DNA of 64,000 nt, from positions 1,248,001 through 1,312,000 of the forward strand of contig CAWIAD010000002.1 in assembly GCA_963833985.1 (NCBI GenBank), written 5' to 3'. Positions 50,501 to 61,449 of this stretch are shown one piece after another; position 1 is the first letter of the stretch, and each line of letters opens with the position of its first letter. Made by a program: the position numbers and the translations under genes. The DNA comes from an uncultured Planctomycetaceae bacterium. GTDB taxonomy: Bacteria > Planctomycetota > Planctomycetia > Isosphaerales > Isosphaeraceae. The notes under the pieces are model-generated. The model was not told where the DNA came from. It saw only the letters and a list, made by a program, of their open reading frames with translations, and did not search any database.

Positions 50501-50821
50501 GCCGACTGGCGCGCCGCGATGGCATCTTACGAGGCGCTCCCGGCTCGCGATCGCCAAGGTGAACCCGCCATGTTCGAGGCCGGCTGCCACGCGATGCTGG
50601 CATCCGTGGCGGACCGCACCGGCTCGGGGATCGCCGGCCCCGAGCGCTCCTCGGAGGAGGAGGCCGCGATGGTGATCCTCCGCAGGATCATCGCGGGAGG
50701 CTACCACGACAGCCAGCTCATCATTGAGTCCTCCCTGGACCCGCTTCGTTCCCGTCCGGACTTCCGGCTCTTGATGATGGACGTGGCCTTCCCGGCCAAC
50801 CCGTTTGCCCACAGCGACTGA
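47538..50821 (+). CDS. Ser/Thr protein kinase with TM helix and TPR repeats (planctomycete-type), frameshift near 47700
   Basis: LLFGLLALQNG N-terminus; ARGGLG, VALK, HRDLKPGN, DWGLAK, GTPAYMSPEQ, SDVYSLG; C-terminal LDPLRSRPDF..LMMD.AFP..PF. Confidence 0.92.
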
Positions 50822-51601
50822 GCGGCGCGGCCGGGCCTTCCCTACCTGCACGATGGCGAGAAGGCAGCTTCGGGCCGGCTGCCCTTGATCGAGTGTGCCT
50901 TCCGCCTGCAACGGCGCACTCAGGCCTCCGGCGAGGTGCTCGTCCTGTGGGACGCAAGCCACGGCGGCCTGACGGGATGGGCGCTTATCTCTGGCCTTTC
51001 TTCTGTCATCAGGACCTGCCGGAAGGCACAGCGGCCGCGTCTTTCGTACCCGATCGCTTAGCGTTTGCAGCCTCGGGAGCAGGAAATCAGCTCAGCTGCT
51101 GTCGTCAGTCCGAGGTCGATGGAGTTGCCGGCCCATAACGGTCGCCCCTGGTCGTTCTGATATCCCCGGGGCGCACTTCACTCGGCCTCCTCACGTGATT
51201 TCCACTGCGGCGGACAACGCAATCGTCCGAGCCAAAGCCAGTGACCCTGCGCGCTTCGGTCGGATCGACCGACGTACCCGAGAAGCATTTTCGCGCCTCG
51301 CTGCCTTTCTTCACGCTTGTCGCCCTCGCCGCGCGAATGGCTACGTGTGGTTTGTGTCAATTCGCCTGCAATGGCACGCGTTCCAGTGACATACAGGATC
51401 ATCTCACGAAGGCATAAGGTATCCGTTAACGCCAAGAATTAGCGAGGTGCCCGGCGGCGAGACCGTTGGCGAGCACCAGGCCCACGAGGGTGAGCTCACG
51501 ATGCGTGCACCGGATGTCCTTGGGCACTTCGGCGAGTGCATCTCCCTCGACTCTGTCATTTGCCAGCCCTCCGCACAGGTCTCTCCGCCGCAATACCCCT
51601 A

Positions 51602-52423
51602 TCATGGGACGCACCGGGGCCGGACTCCGGCTTGCCGCAGCAGCGGATCGAGGCGACGGGATAACTCGGGCAGGTTGTGGCTGGGCACTTCGGGGTACAG
51701 ATGGTGCTCAAGGTGGTATGTCAGCTCCAGGAACAACGCCGGGACGATCCTCCCCCGCAGAGTGTGGGTCTGCGAAAGCGGCGTATTGCCGAAGTCCCGG
51801 TGCGGCAGGTGGACCGTCAGCAGTGGATAGACCCAGCTACCGACGATCGCCAAAGCCGCGTAGACCAGCAGAACGGGTGTCCGGGGAAGGACCCAGATCC
51901 CGGTGGCCGGCACGGCGACGGCCCATGCAGCCTCGGCGATCAGCCATCGCCTCGTGGTGCTTCCCGGCTTGCTGCGCGCGTAGGACCAGCACCAGAGCCG
52001 GGGCAGAAACAGCGGCCCCCACAGGACCGCCTTCAGGAAGCTCATTCGCGCCGGGTCGCCTTCCGGATCGTCGAGCCCCGGGAATACGAGATGGTGCCGT
52101 AGATGGGTGGCTCGATAGGCATGGCCGCTCTCCAGAAGGACAGCGCCCATCGCGAAGAGGGCCCACTCTGTTTGCCCTCGTGAGAGGCCCAGTGATCCGT
52201 GGACGATGTCGTGAGTGACCGTGACCACCGCCACGAAAACCAAGAAGACCAGAAAAGGCGTCAGCCACCAGATTCCGGCGTAAGCTGCCAGCAAATAAGC
52301 TGCGACTCCAAGGAATGGCCGGACCAGGGCCAGTCGACGCTGGCGTCGCGTTGTCACGAGGAGATCGCTTCCAAGCATCTGTAGGCCGGGTAAGTCCGTA
52401 TCAGCTTGCGTCGCGGATGGCAT
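51602..52423 (-). CDS. Membrane fatty-acid-desaturase superfamily protein (carotenoid hydroxylase/ketolase-like)
   Basis: Three His boxes HDIVH, HLRHH, HLEHH and TM helices. Confidence 0.85.
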   Translation of the reverse strand: MPSATQADTDLPGLQMLGSDLLVTTRRQRRLALVRPFLGVAAYLLAAYAGIWWLTPFLVFLVFVAVVTVTHDIVHGSLGLSRGQTEWALFAMGAVLLESGHAYRATHLRHHLVFPGLDDPEGDPARMSFLKAVLWGPLFLPRLWCWSYARSKPGSTTRRWLIAEAAWAVAVPATGIWVLPRTPVLLVYAALAIVGSWVYPLLTVHLPHRDFGNTPLSQTHTLRGRIVPALFLELTYHLEHHLYPEVPSHNLPELSRRLDPLLRQAGVRPRCVP

Positions 52424-53948
52424 TCGCGGCTCCTGGGACGCGGGTGGACGTGGGGTGGAAAACTCGGGACCGCCGGCGGGCGTTGGCCAGCACACCCTCG
52501 GCGACGAGGCGGCTGCCCAGGCAGCATGCGACGGTCCCCAGGCCCGGCCAGGTGCTGTCACCGACCAGCCAGTAGCCGGGGACGCCCAGATCGTGCGGAA
52601 TCGCGTGCTGGTTCGCATTGGCGAGCGTCTGTCGCACGCCGCCCACTGCGCCGCGCGGCCGCCCGGTGTACCGCTCGTAAGTCCTCGGCGTGGCGAACTC
52701 GCACACGGCGGCGTCTCGGCCCAGTTCGGGGTAGATTCGCCTGCCCAGCGTGATAAGTCGCACGCCGGCCTGGTGCTTTTTCGCCTGGTATACCTCCGGT
52801 GCAAGACCCTCCCACGGCCCCAGGTCGCAGTGTGTTGAGATCATCACGGCACGGTAGCCCAGGGGGGCACTCTCGGCGTCGCCGGCGGCGGAGACCGAGA
52901 CAAACATGTTGTTTCCATCACCGAGTGGCTGGGTGTAGTCGTGTAGTAGCTGGTGGTGGGTAAACGCTTGACCGGCAACCTCGCGCTCCGGGACGCCGAG
53001 GAAGACGGCCAGGGCCCCGCCCATCGCGGATAGATCGCGGCGAAGATACGGTGCTAATGCTGCGGCGACCGGTGCCGGACCCAATCGCGCCGCCAGGGTC
53101 GCTGGCACTGCGGCGATAACTTGACTGGCCGCGACGACTCCGCGACGGGCCTTGACACAATAGGCACCCCCGTGCCTCGCGACCCACTCGACCGCGCAGC
53201 CGACGCGCAACTCCCCGCCGAGGCGTCGGTAATGGGCAATCAAACCGCTCCAGAATCCGCGCATGCCGCCCCGAGCCCGTGTCAGGCCGGCGCCCCGGAT
53301 CGTGATCCCCAGCGCGGCGTTGATCAGCGGTGCCTCGGCCACGGAACTGTGGATCGTGTCCTCGATGAGCATTGCCAGCAGGCCAGCCAGCGCCTGATCG
53401 TGCCGCAGGCCGTGCGCCCGCAGGGCGTCAGCCATCGTCCAGCTCAGGTAGCGGACCAGAGGCAGGTTGCCCATGCCGACCGCTCGCGCAACGCGGAGCG
53501 CGTCGGCGGCACCTCGGATCGGCAGCTTGATGCCGCAACGGCTGGCCCGCCAGAATACGCCTGCGAGCCGGTCCAGTAGTTGCCAGAGATCTCGGTGCGC
53601 CGGTGTGTCCCCTAGAGCCCTGAGCCGCTCGAGCGTCCAGGAGGCCGGGTCGCGGTGCAGCGTCACCGTGCGGTCCGGCAGCCAGGCGACGTAGCCGGGC
53701 AGCGTCTCGCCGTCGATCGACATCATACCGACGCTCTCGAGCAACTCGCCACCGACGCCGCCGGGGCCGAAGTCCACAAGCGTGGTGGCCCCCACGTCGA
53801 AGGAGAAGCCCTTGCGTCGGAAGAAACCAGCGCAGCCGCCCGGCTGGCCGTGTGCCTCGAGGACCACGGTCGACAGGCCGTGCGCCTGGAGCCGCAAGGC
53901 CGTTGCCACTCCGGCCATCCCACCTCCAACAATGGCCGCGTCGTACAT
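52401..53948 (-). CDS. Phytoene desaturase-family FAD oxidoreductase (CrtD-like)
   Basis: VGGGMAG, GGCAGFFRRKGFSFDVGAT, ATPRTYERYT, GDSTWPGLG. Confidence 0.85.
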   Translation of the reverse strand: MYDAAIVGGGMAGVATALRLQAHGLSTVVLEAHGQPGGCAGFFRRKGFSFDVGATTLVDFGPGGVGGELLESVGMMSIDGETLPGYVAWLPDRTVTLHRDPASWTLERLRALGDTPAHRDLWQLLDRLAGVFWRASRCGIKLPIRGAADALRVARAVGMGNLPLVRYLSWTMADALRAHGLRHDQALAGLLAMLIEDTIHSSVAEAPLINAALGITIRGAGLTRARGGMRGFWSGLIAHYRRLGGELRVGCAVEWVARHGGAYCVKARRGVVAASQVIAAVPATLAARLGPAPVAAALAPYLRRDLSAMGGALAVFLGVPEREVAGQAFTHHQLLHDYTQPLGDGNNMFVSVSAAGDAESAPLGYRAVMISTHCDLGPWEGLAPEVYQAKKHQAGVRLITLGRRIYPELGRDAAVCEFATPRTYERYTGRPRGAVGGVRQTLANANQHAIPHDLGVPGYWLVGDSTWPGLGTVACCLGSRLVAEGVLANARRRSRVFHPTSTRVPGAANAIRDAS

Positions 53949-54258
53949 CGTCTCTCCCCCTCGCTTGCCCGGCTCGTGATCGATCGTCGGTACCGGGTTC
54001 TCACCACGACCGGTCTCTGAAGACGTCGCGTTCCGATCCTGACTGGCATCTGCCCAGAGTACCGGAAATAACTTCAACGGATTAACCGCGAGCCCGGTCG
54101 GCCTCGAACCGGCGGCAGATCGCGTCAACATGGCGCGCCAGGGCGACCTCGGGTGCCTCTTGGTCGTGGGGATAGGCGTCGCTCAAGGGAGCCTCCTGTT
54201 GGGCGGATCGGTTCCAGGAGTGACATGTCCGCCTGGCGATAGAGCGTGCCACGAGATT

Positions 54259-54690
54259 TCAGAACCCGGCGTCGCACCAGATCGTTCGGATCAGGGCAAG
54301 CTGTCGCGCCACGGTCCGGCGTGCGCATCCCAACCGGGCGGCAATCGCGTCTTCCGTGTCTCCCTCCATGCGCCAGACGGCGACCTTCTTCAAGGTCGCG
54401 TCGTCCAGTGCGTCGAGCAGCCGGCGGAACTCCTCAGCCATGACCGCGGCCGCCTCGGGAGTTGGCTCCGATCCCACGGCGCGGGCCAGGACGTCGTCTT
54501 CTTCACGATCTTCGTCGACAGGCCCAGGCACGTCGGAGGCGTTGCGGACGAGCCCGCCTCCACGCTTGAGACGATGGCCGCGCCGGGCCTGGGCGAAGAC
54601 CTTGCGCGCGGTGATCAGGGCGAGAAGCCTCCCGAGGTCGTCGCGGTCGGCCAGGGCGGGAATCTTCCCCGCGCCGCACCGGCACAGAGG
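54259..54690 (-). pseudogene. Planctomycete-type ECF sigma factor, N-terminally truncated
   Basis: LADRDDL.RLL..ITARK, EPTPEAAA, EEFRRLLDAL, IAARLGCARRTVARQLALIR; N-terminal region missing. Confidence 0.75.
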
Positions 54691-55068
54691 CTGGATGACG
54701 GAGACCTTGCCAAGCTTCAGGCCCACCCCCTCGATCTTCGTGGGTTACCGGCCCCGGACGCGGCTCGGGCTCTTTACGAGTTTCTTCAGAAGCATTTTGA
54801 GCCGGGCGACGAGTGCTCGCTGTGGTCGCCTGTCGAGGCCAAAGCCCGAGGATATAGCCCCTTCTGGCGTGTCAGCTGGGAGGCGGGACCGTTGGAGTGG
54901 GGGGTTCTATTGACGCGTGGCGAGAGCATGTGGCTGCAGGAATTCGAACTCGGATACGAGCATCGGCCCGAGGTCTTGCTTCAAAGCGGCAATGGTTGGT
55001 ACACAGAGCCACATTTCCGGTTTGACATCGGGTTCGTCGAGGATCAGGGAAACCTGGTCGCAAGCTGA
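54691..55068 (+). CDS. Hypothetical protein, possibly a 5'-truncated fragment
   Basis: Protein-like stretch (WRVSWEAGPLEWG...WYTEPH) abutting the broken sigma gene; start not identifiable. Confidence 0.4.
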   Translation: MDDGDLAKLQAHPLDLRGLPAPDAARALYEFLQKHFEPGDECSLWSPVEAKARGYSPFWRVSWEAGPLEWGVLLTRGESMWLQEFELGYEHRPEVLLQSGNGWYTEPHFRFDIGFVEDQGNLVAS

Positions 55069-55140
55069 ATTCACGTCAAAAGTGCGTCATATATTATTGG
55101 AACCGGGGTTAGAACTTGGAACTTCACAGGAGATCCAACC

Positions 55141-55509
55141 TTGTCACACATCGTGACCATCAAGACCGAGGTCCGCGACCATGCGGCAGTCAGTGCCGCC
55201 TGCCGTCGACTTGAACTGCCACCGCCGCTTACCGGCACGACACAGCTCTTCAGTGGCGAGGTCAGCGGACTGATCGTTCGCCTGCCAGACTGGACCTATC
55301 CGGTTGTCGTTGACACAGCGACCGGGCAGGTCCACTACGACAACTATCACGGAGCCTGGGGCGACCAGGCGCAGCTCGACCGCTTCTTGCAGTTCTACGC
55401 TGTCGAGAAGGCGCGGATCGAGGCCCGCAAGAAGGGCCACCAGTTCACGGAGCATTCCCTGGCCGACGGCTCCATCAAGCTGACCATCCGCGTCGGAGGT
55501 GGCTCATGA
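55141..55509 (+). CDS. DUF1257 (Ycf35-like) domain protein
   Basis: MSHIVTIKTEVRD, W.YPVV.D..TG..YDNY.G.WG, YAVEK, DGSIKL; AGGAG before the TTG start. Confidence 0.85.
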   Translation: MSHIVTIKTEVRDHAAVSAACRRLELPPPLTGTTQLFSGEVSGLIVRLPDWTYPVVVDTATGQVHYDNYHGAWGDQAQLDRFLQFYAVEKARIEARKKGHQFTEHSLADGSIKLTIRVGGGS

Positions 55510-55697
55510 AGTTCATCGAGATCACCGTTGACGCCAAGGGCCAGACGAAGGTCGAGACGCGCGGCTTCACTGGCGGCGAATGCCGGGAAGCGAGCAAGTT
55601 CATCGAGCAGGCGCTCGGCCAACCCGCCGAGGAGAAGCTAACCGCTGAGTACTATCAGAGCCAGGCGACCGACCAGCAGCTCAAGCAGCCCCACTGA
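55506..55697 (+). CDS. DUF2997 domain protein
   Basis: IEITVD..G..KVETRGFTG.EC.EAS..IE.ALG...T.EYY; ATGA overlap with the upstream gene. Confidence 0.85.
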   Translation: MKFIEITVDAKGQTKVETRGFTGGECREASKFIEQALGQPAEEKLTAEYYQSQATDQQLKQPH

Positions 55698-55757
55698 TTG
55701 CTTCCCGCCTTCCCCTATCGCTTCACCTTTCACCCAGAACAGCAAAGGAGAATCTTC

Positions 55758-57260
55758 ATGACGCTCACCGAGCGTTTATCGGAACTCGTGCGCGCCGCGT
55801 TCACCGGGATCTGGATCCAGTCCCACGAGCACGACGACGGGCTGATCGAGATCGCCCGGCTCTGCCGCCATCAGCAGTGGGCCCTGGCCACCTGGGACAT
55901 CGATCGCGGCCTGTCGATTGCGGGGCAGGACGATGGCTCTGGCACGACCGTCAGCGCACCGGACCCGCTGGCCGCGATCAAGGCAATCGGCTCACTGGCC
56001 ACGCCAGATGGAACCACACTGCTCGTCCTGCGGAACTTCCACCGTTTCCTGGGGAGCATCGAGGTTGTTCAAGCACTCGACACGGCGATTGCCGCCGGCA
56101 AGCAGAACCGGACGATCCTGGTGATCCTCTCGCCCGTGCTGCAGATCCCGAGCGAGCTGGATCGCCAGTTCGTCGTCCTCGAGCACGATCTGCCTCCTCG
56201 CGAGCAGATCCAGCAGATTGCCCGCTCCATTGCCACCGAACCCGGCGAGCTGCCCGACGACGAGGATCTTGGAGCCGTGCTCGATGCCGCGGCTGGTCTC
56301 ACGAGGGTCGAGGCCGAGAATGCCTTCTCGCTCTCACTGATCCGCCATGGCCGGGTGACACCGGATGTCCTCTGGGAGCTGAAGGCTCAGACGCTCAAGA
56401 AAAGTGGGCTGATGACGATCCACCGTGGCGGCGAGACCTTCGCTGACCTGGGCGGCCTGGACGCCTTGGAGGCGTTCTGTAGCCGTTCGTTGACCCGCAA
56501 GACGGGCAATGCACTCGCACGTCCCAGGGGCGTCCTTCTGCTGGGCGTTTCGGGCACGGGCAAGTCGGCGTTTTGCAAGGCGCTGGGCAACGAGGTGGGC
56601 CGTCCCACGCTCATGCTCGACCTCGGGGCGCTGATGGGCTCGCTGGTCGGCTTGACCGAGGAGCGGACCCGGCAGGCACTGCGCATTGCCGACGCGATGG
56701 CACCCTGCATCGTCTACATCGACGAGATCGAGAAGGGCCTCTCCGGTGTGCAGGCCAGCGGGCAGACCGACAGCGGCGTCTCGGCCCGGATGTTCGGCAC
56801 GCTCCTGAGCTACCTCAATGATCATGAAAGCGATGTCTACTTCGTCTGCTCTGCCAACGATGTCAGCAAGCTGCCGCCAGAGTTCACTCGTGCCGAAAGG
56901 TTCGACGCGATCTTCTTCCTGGACTTGCCCGGGGCGAGGGAGAAGGAGCAGATCTGGCGGCTCTACCTGGAGCGGTTCGGCATCGATCCCGCCCAGCGCC
57001 GGCCCGAGGATCGCGAGTGGACCGGCGCCGAGATCCGGGCCTGCTGCCGGCTCGCGAGCCTGCTCGACATCCCGCTGGCTGAAGCCTCCTCGAACATCGT
57101 CCCCGTGGCCATCACGGCCGGTGAGTCCGTCGAGCGGCTGCGGAACTGGGCCGCGGGCCGCTGCCTGTCGGCAGAGCGGCCGGGCGTCTATTCGCGCGTC
57201 GCGGACTCGACGGGTCGGTCCGGACGCAAGCTGCGCCGCGGCGACGCCTCGCTCAACTGA
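55758..57260 (+). CDS. AAA ATPase (Ycf46-like)
   Basis: Walker A GVSGTGKS, Walker B YIDEIEK, LPPEFTRAERFD; AAGGAG upstream. Confidence 0.92.
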   Translation: MTLTERLSELVRAAFTGIWIQSHEHDDGLIEIARLCRHQQWALATWDIDRGLSIAGQDDGSGTTVSAPDPLAAIKAIGSLATPDGTTLLVLRNFHRFLGSIEVVQALDTAIAAGKQNRTILVILSPVLQIPSELDRQFVVLEHDLPPREQIQQIARSIATEPGELPDDEDLGAVLDAAAGLTRVEAENAFSLSLIRHGRVTPDVLWELKAQTLKKSGLMTIHRGGETFADLGGLDALEAFCSRSLTRKTGNALARPRGVLLLGVSGTGKSAFCKALGNEVGRPTLMLDLGALMGSLVGLTEERTRQALRIADAMAPCIVYIDEIEKGLSGVQASGQTDSGVSARMFGTLLSYLNDHESDVYFVCSANDVSKLPPEFTRAERFDAIFFLDLPGAREKEQIWRLYLERFGIDPAQRRPEDREWTGAEIRACCRLASLLDIPLAEASSNIVPVAITAGESVERLRNWAAGRCLSAERPGVYSRVADSTGRSGRKLRRGDASLN

Positions 57261-57373
57261 GGAAGGCCATTACTGACCTATCGCTTTGATGGTGCACATT
57301 CAGGCGTTTGTCTCGTGGATGGCGGCTCGGGTCGCCATCCGTGTTTTCTTTCGACACGTACCGAGGAGGATTC

Positions 57374-57571
57374 ATGATCGAGCAATTCAAGAACATCAGT
57401 CGTAAGCGCGGGCGAGCCCTTCTTGCCGCTTTGGTTGCTCTCATCGCGGCCAGCACCGGCTGCGACAAGAAGGTCGATTGGCGGGGAGTGAGCACGGACG
57501 CCAGGGATGGCGGTCAGGCAGCCAGCAACGATGTTGCACCTGGAGAACCTGTCGATGCCAAGCCTCGATGA
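57374..57571 (+). CDS. Small putative lipoprotein
   Basis: AGGAGG upstream; basic n-region, hydrophobic core, STGC. Confidence 0.5.
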   Translation: MIEQFKNISRKRGRALLAALVALIAASTGCDKKVDWRGVSTDARDGGQAASNDVAPGEPVDAKPR

Positions 57572-58187
57572 GCGGAAACCGCGCCGGCTTATCTCTCTTC
57601 TTGGGACCATCGCGTTGCTTATCGTCCTGGTGACCCTCGTTCTGGTCGTCGCCCAGGCCATCCGCCTGCTGAGAGGGTGGGACTTGGGGATCGCCGAAAC
57701 GCCACCGAACTTTAGCTCGTCCGGGCCAACGATCGTCCAGCTGGAGCGGCTTCAGTACCTTGTTTCGACCCGCGTGCATGTTGCCGACGTCCTTGTCGGG
57801 GAGTCGCGCTGGCTGGAGGGCTGCTGGATCATTCAGGGCGATGCGCTGCTCGCAGTCGACATCGCAAAGGCCGAGCTCAAGGACAGGAACGAGCAGGCCA
57901 GGACAGCCGTCATCGTGCTGCCCAAACCGGCCGTTCTATCGGCACGTGTCAACCATGAGAAGACCCAGGAGTGGGATATCAAGTCACGCAGCTGGGTGCC
58001 GCTGGCGAGCGTTCTGCTCGGCGACCGGACTGCCATGGAAAAGCAGGCCATGCTTCAGGCACAGCAGCTTGTTGAACGTGCGGCTGGTTCAGACGACAAC
58101 AAAACGACGGCGCGGCAGGGCGTCGAACGGATGCTCACCGAGTTCTATCGAGCCGTCGGCTGGGGCATCTCAGTCCAGTGGAGATAA
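57555..58187 (+). CDS. DUF4230-like membrane-anchored protein
   Basis: N-terminal TM helix; GDALLAVD, I.LP.P.VL, A..AA motifs. Confidence 0.7.
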   Translation: MPSLDERKPRRLISLLGTIALLIVLVTLVLVVAQAIRLLRGWDLGIAETPPNFSSSGPTIVQLERLQYLVSTRVHVADVLVGESRWLEGCWIIQGDALLAVDIAKAELKDRNEQARTAVIVLPKPAVLSARVNHEKTQEWDIKSRSWVPLASVLLGDRTAMEKQAMLQAQQLVERAAGSDDNKTTARQGVERMLTEFYRAVGWGISVQWR

Positions 58188-58431
58188 GACTCCACATGGC
58201 AATTGCAATGCGGACCGCACCTTCCATGATCTGGATGCAGGTCCTGGCGAAGTGGTCCCGAGCCAATCTGCAGAGGCGACGATCCGGCCGGGCTGTCGCC
58301 CGAGCTCGTTTTTCCAGCTCGAACCCGGACACCGTGTCCGGCACAGTGTCGCCAGCCCGGCCGCCAGTTTGAGATATCGATATCTCAGGTTCAGCCCCTG
58401 CACAAGCCTGCTTCACTGCTCCAGGAGCTAG

Positions 58432-60432
58432 CCCATGTTTGGGGTGGGTCGCCCTAAGTCCTTGCGGCGCAAGGGGCGATTTTTCAGATTGTCACTACAT
58501 CACGGTTTTTTCGTCTTCCGGTGGTGCTGGCGGCCTGAGCTCGGTTAAGCCCAGCGCCTTCAGGACCCGCCGCGCATCGGGGCAGCCTCCACTGACTCCT
58601 TGCCGTTCGGGCTGATCGTCGAGACGGAGGGTCACCACCCGGAGCGTGGAGAGAGCTTGCATCGCCCTCTCTGGAGAGAAATCTATCCCAGCGTGCTCAA
58701 GTCGGCGGTGCAATAGCCGCTGGACCAGTAATGCCAGTGCAGCTACGAAAATATGTGCTTTTACTCGTTCCTCAATCTGATGATAAATCGGCCGCATGGC
58801 CAGCACGTCCTTGAGCTGGCGAAACCCGCGCTCGACATCGCTCAGGTCCTTGTAGATCGCCACGACCTCAAGCACGCTGAGCGCTGCTTCACTCGTGGCG
58901 ATCACATACTTGCCTTCGATTCCCTGCTCATTGGTCAGACCCTTCGTGTTCTCAAAGTAGCGGAAAATCCCCTTGTCGAGGTCCCACGAATAGTAACGAT
59001 AGCCATGGTTTCGTTGCAGGAGGCGCTCGGCTGCGGCGCCAATCTTCTCGGGCTGTTTCAACTTCCCTGCCGCCACACGCCCCTGCAACTTCTTCGAGCG
59101 ATTGATGTGTCCGCTCCATGGCCTTCTGACGCATGGCTTGCTCGTATTCGCGGCGCTCGTCGGAATCGACGATGATTATCCGCAAACCTTCAACTCCTGA
59201 CGGCACCTCTTGCGCCCGAGTGCGCGGTGGATTGGTCTTTTCCCGGGCGGTGATCCCTACCGGGCAAGAAATCCACTTGGCATCGTCGAGGGCAGCCAGC
59301 CACTTGGTCAACTTTGCGTTCCGCCTTCGCTTCACGCCCACAAGATAGCCATGCTTGTCGCCAGTGATCGCTTCCAGATTGTCATTGGTGATCATGCCTC
59401 GATCGCCGACAAAAACGAGGCGGCTGAAACCAAATCGCTGGTGCAGATCACGAATGGCTTTCTGCACGGTCTGGTGGTCGACTTCGTTGCCGGCCCAAAC
59501 GTGATGAGCGATCGGCCAGCCGCCCACCATCACCACTCCGACGATCACCTGGACGTTGTGCGGCTTGCCGTCCCGACTGTAGCCATGCTTGGCGAAGTTG
59601 GCCGGTCCAGCTCCCTCGAAGTAGGTGCTCGTGATGTCATAGAGCACCAGGTCCGGCTTGATACTGAACAGGTCGCGAAGGCGGTGATAAAGAGCCACCT
59701 CGATCCGTTCCTTGGCGTCCACGAGTTGATTGAGGGTCCGGTACCAGGACTCCAGTTGGCGAAAGTCGACGCGAACCCGCTTGTGCTGGTGCCAGCGAGG
59801 AACAAAACGGCGGCCTTGGCGATCACAGACGAAGTCGGTCTCCAGCCACCCCGCCAAGCCGTGTTCGCTGGCGGGGTGAATCAGGCGATTGGCAATGAGC
59901 ACGAAGGCCCGGTCAGTAAACGGCACGCCTTTGGCTTTGCCGAGTGATTCGTCGAGGATGGTCCAGAGCCCGAGTTGGTCGAACAAGGCCCGGACGGCGA
60001 GGACCGGCCCCCAGGTGGAAGCGTCCAGGATGTCGAGATCCTCGTCCCCAGCGGACTCCGACTCGACATCTTGACCGAGCAAGCGTTTTAGCTTGGGAAA
60101 CAATTCCGCAAGCAGGTCCTTGCGTCCCAGATCGGCCACGGTGTGTTGCTTGACCTTACCGTTGTCGCGATAGGCTTCGACGACGCGGACGTACTCGTTC
60201 AGCGCACCGCTGGACGACCGGACTTTTATGGTTCTCAGGTACATGTCGTGAAGTATCACGACGGAACGCGCCGATTTCAAGGCGAAATCAAGGTAAATTC
60301 CGAAGTAATCGCGTCGATATTGTCACTACACTTTTCGGAAAAAAACGGGTATGCCGCTCGCCAACCCCTGGAAAATAGAGGAATTATGCGTGGCAGCAGT
60401 CGCGCGGAAGGCGATCTCACCCCAAACATGGG
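58432..60432 (-). mobile_element. IS1634-family insertion sequence, 2001 bp
   Basis: Perfect 15-bp terminal IRs CCCATGTTTGGGGTG and CACCCCAAACATGGG, each flanked by CTAG (58428-58431 and 60433-60436). Confidence 0.9.
58495..60244 (-). CDS. IS1634-family transposase, frameshift near 59090
   Basis: LYDITSTYFEG, GYSRD, VGDRGM; then Y..L..VERGFRQLK..L.MRPIYH...RVKAH. Confidence 0.92.
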
Positions 60433-60689
60433 CTAGCCCGAGGCTGGTCCTTCGAGCGCTGGGCCACGAGGAAAAGAAGTTGCGAACTCTTGATGGTTTG
60501 TGCACTTTGCGGCGAACGGCACCTCGGACAGGTCAATCCTCCACCCTCATGGCAGCAAGGGAGAATGATCTGTCTGGAGGCCCCGAGCCAGTTTGACCCT
60601 CCCACGCTCTGGGCTTGATCGACTTCACGGCTCAACGGCGCACATGGCGGGAAGGAGTGTGTGACAACCACTGACGATGGAGAAACCCC

Positions 60690-61295
60690 ATGGCAGCGAT
60701 CTGCGAAATGAATCTTGAGGACGCCGCAAGAAATGCGGTCGGCAACTGGAAGCGCTTCTCGTGTTTTTGCTGGGATCGGTTGCTGCAGCTCGACGACCCG
60801 GACAGCTGGGCCATCGTCTATACGCACAACCGGGACAGCGGACTGCTGGCCCAGTCCAACGCAGCTGTCATCGCGGACTTGCTTCGGCCCTTCGGCGTGG
60901 CCGAGAATCCGGATGTCGTTTTCGAGAGTCACTCGCACTGGGCGGTCGGTCACGTGGATGGCTTCAGCATCCGCGTCTACCGTGACGGTGGGATCACGGA
61001 CGCCTTCCGCACTTACCATGATCTCTCGGAGCGGCTGGCCGAGTACCCCATCCTCGACGAGAGCGACTACTGCGAGCGGGAACACGATGCGACCCTCGAC
61101 AACCTTGTCGACGCAGCCTGGCGGCTGAAGAGCCAGTACGAACTCCCGGACGCCTGGGAGAACGACGCCTATTCGTGGCTCTCGGACAATCGGCCTGGCA
61201 GCGTCGAGAACCATGACGACCGGGGCGGCTACCCTTCCGAGGATGAGCTCCGCGACGCCTTCGACGCCTTGGGCTACCGTCTGGTCCACGACTGA
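60690..61295 (+). CDS. Hypothetical protein (acidic, mobile-element associated)
   Basis: GGAG upstream, strong codon bias; HWAVGHVDG and YPILDE motifs. Confidence 0.75.
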   Translation: MAAICEMNLEDAARNAVGNWKRFSCFCWDRLLQLDDPDSWAIVYTHNRDSGLLAQSNAAVIADLLRPFGVAENPDVVFESHSHWAVGHVDGFSIRVYRDGGITDAFRTYHDLSERLAEYPILDESDYCEREHDATLDNLVDAAWRLKSQYELPDAWENDAYSWLSDNRPGSVENHDDRGGYPSEDELRDAFDALGYRLVHD

Positions 61296-61449
61296 CAGCA
61301 GCCGATGGGTACCAGATGGTTCAACCAGAGAGATGGAGCCGTTGCGATTCGCGATAGGCAATAGACTCCACGGGTGACCGTCCGGCTACCAAGGCAGCAA
61401 GCGCGGGTGAGAAAGAACTCGAATCATCGAGGGCGGATCTTACCGGCCG

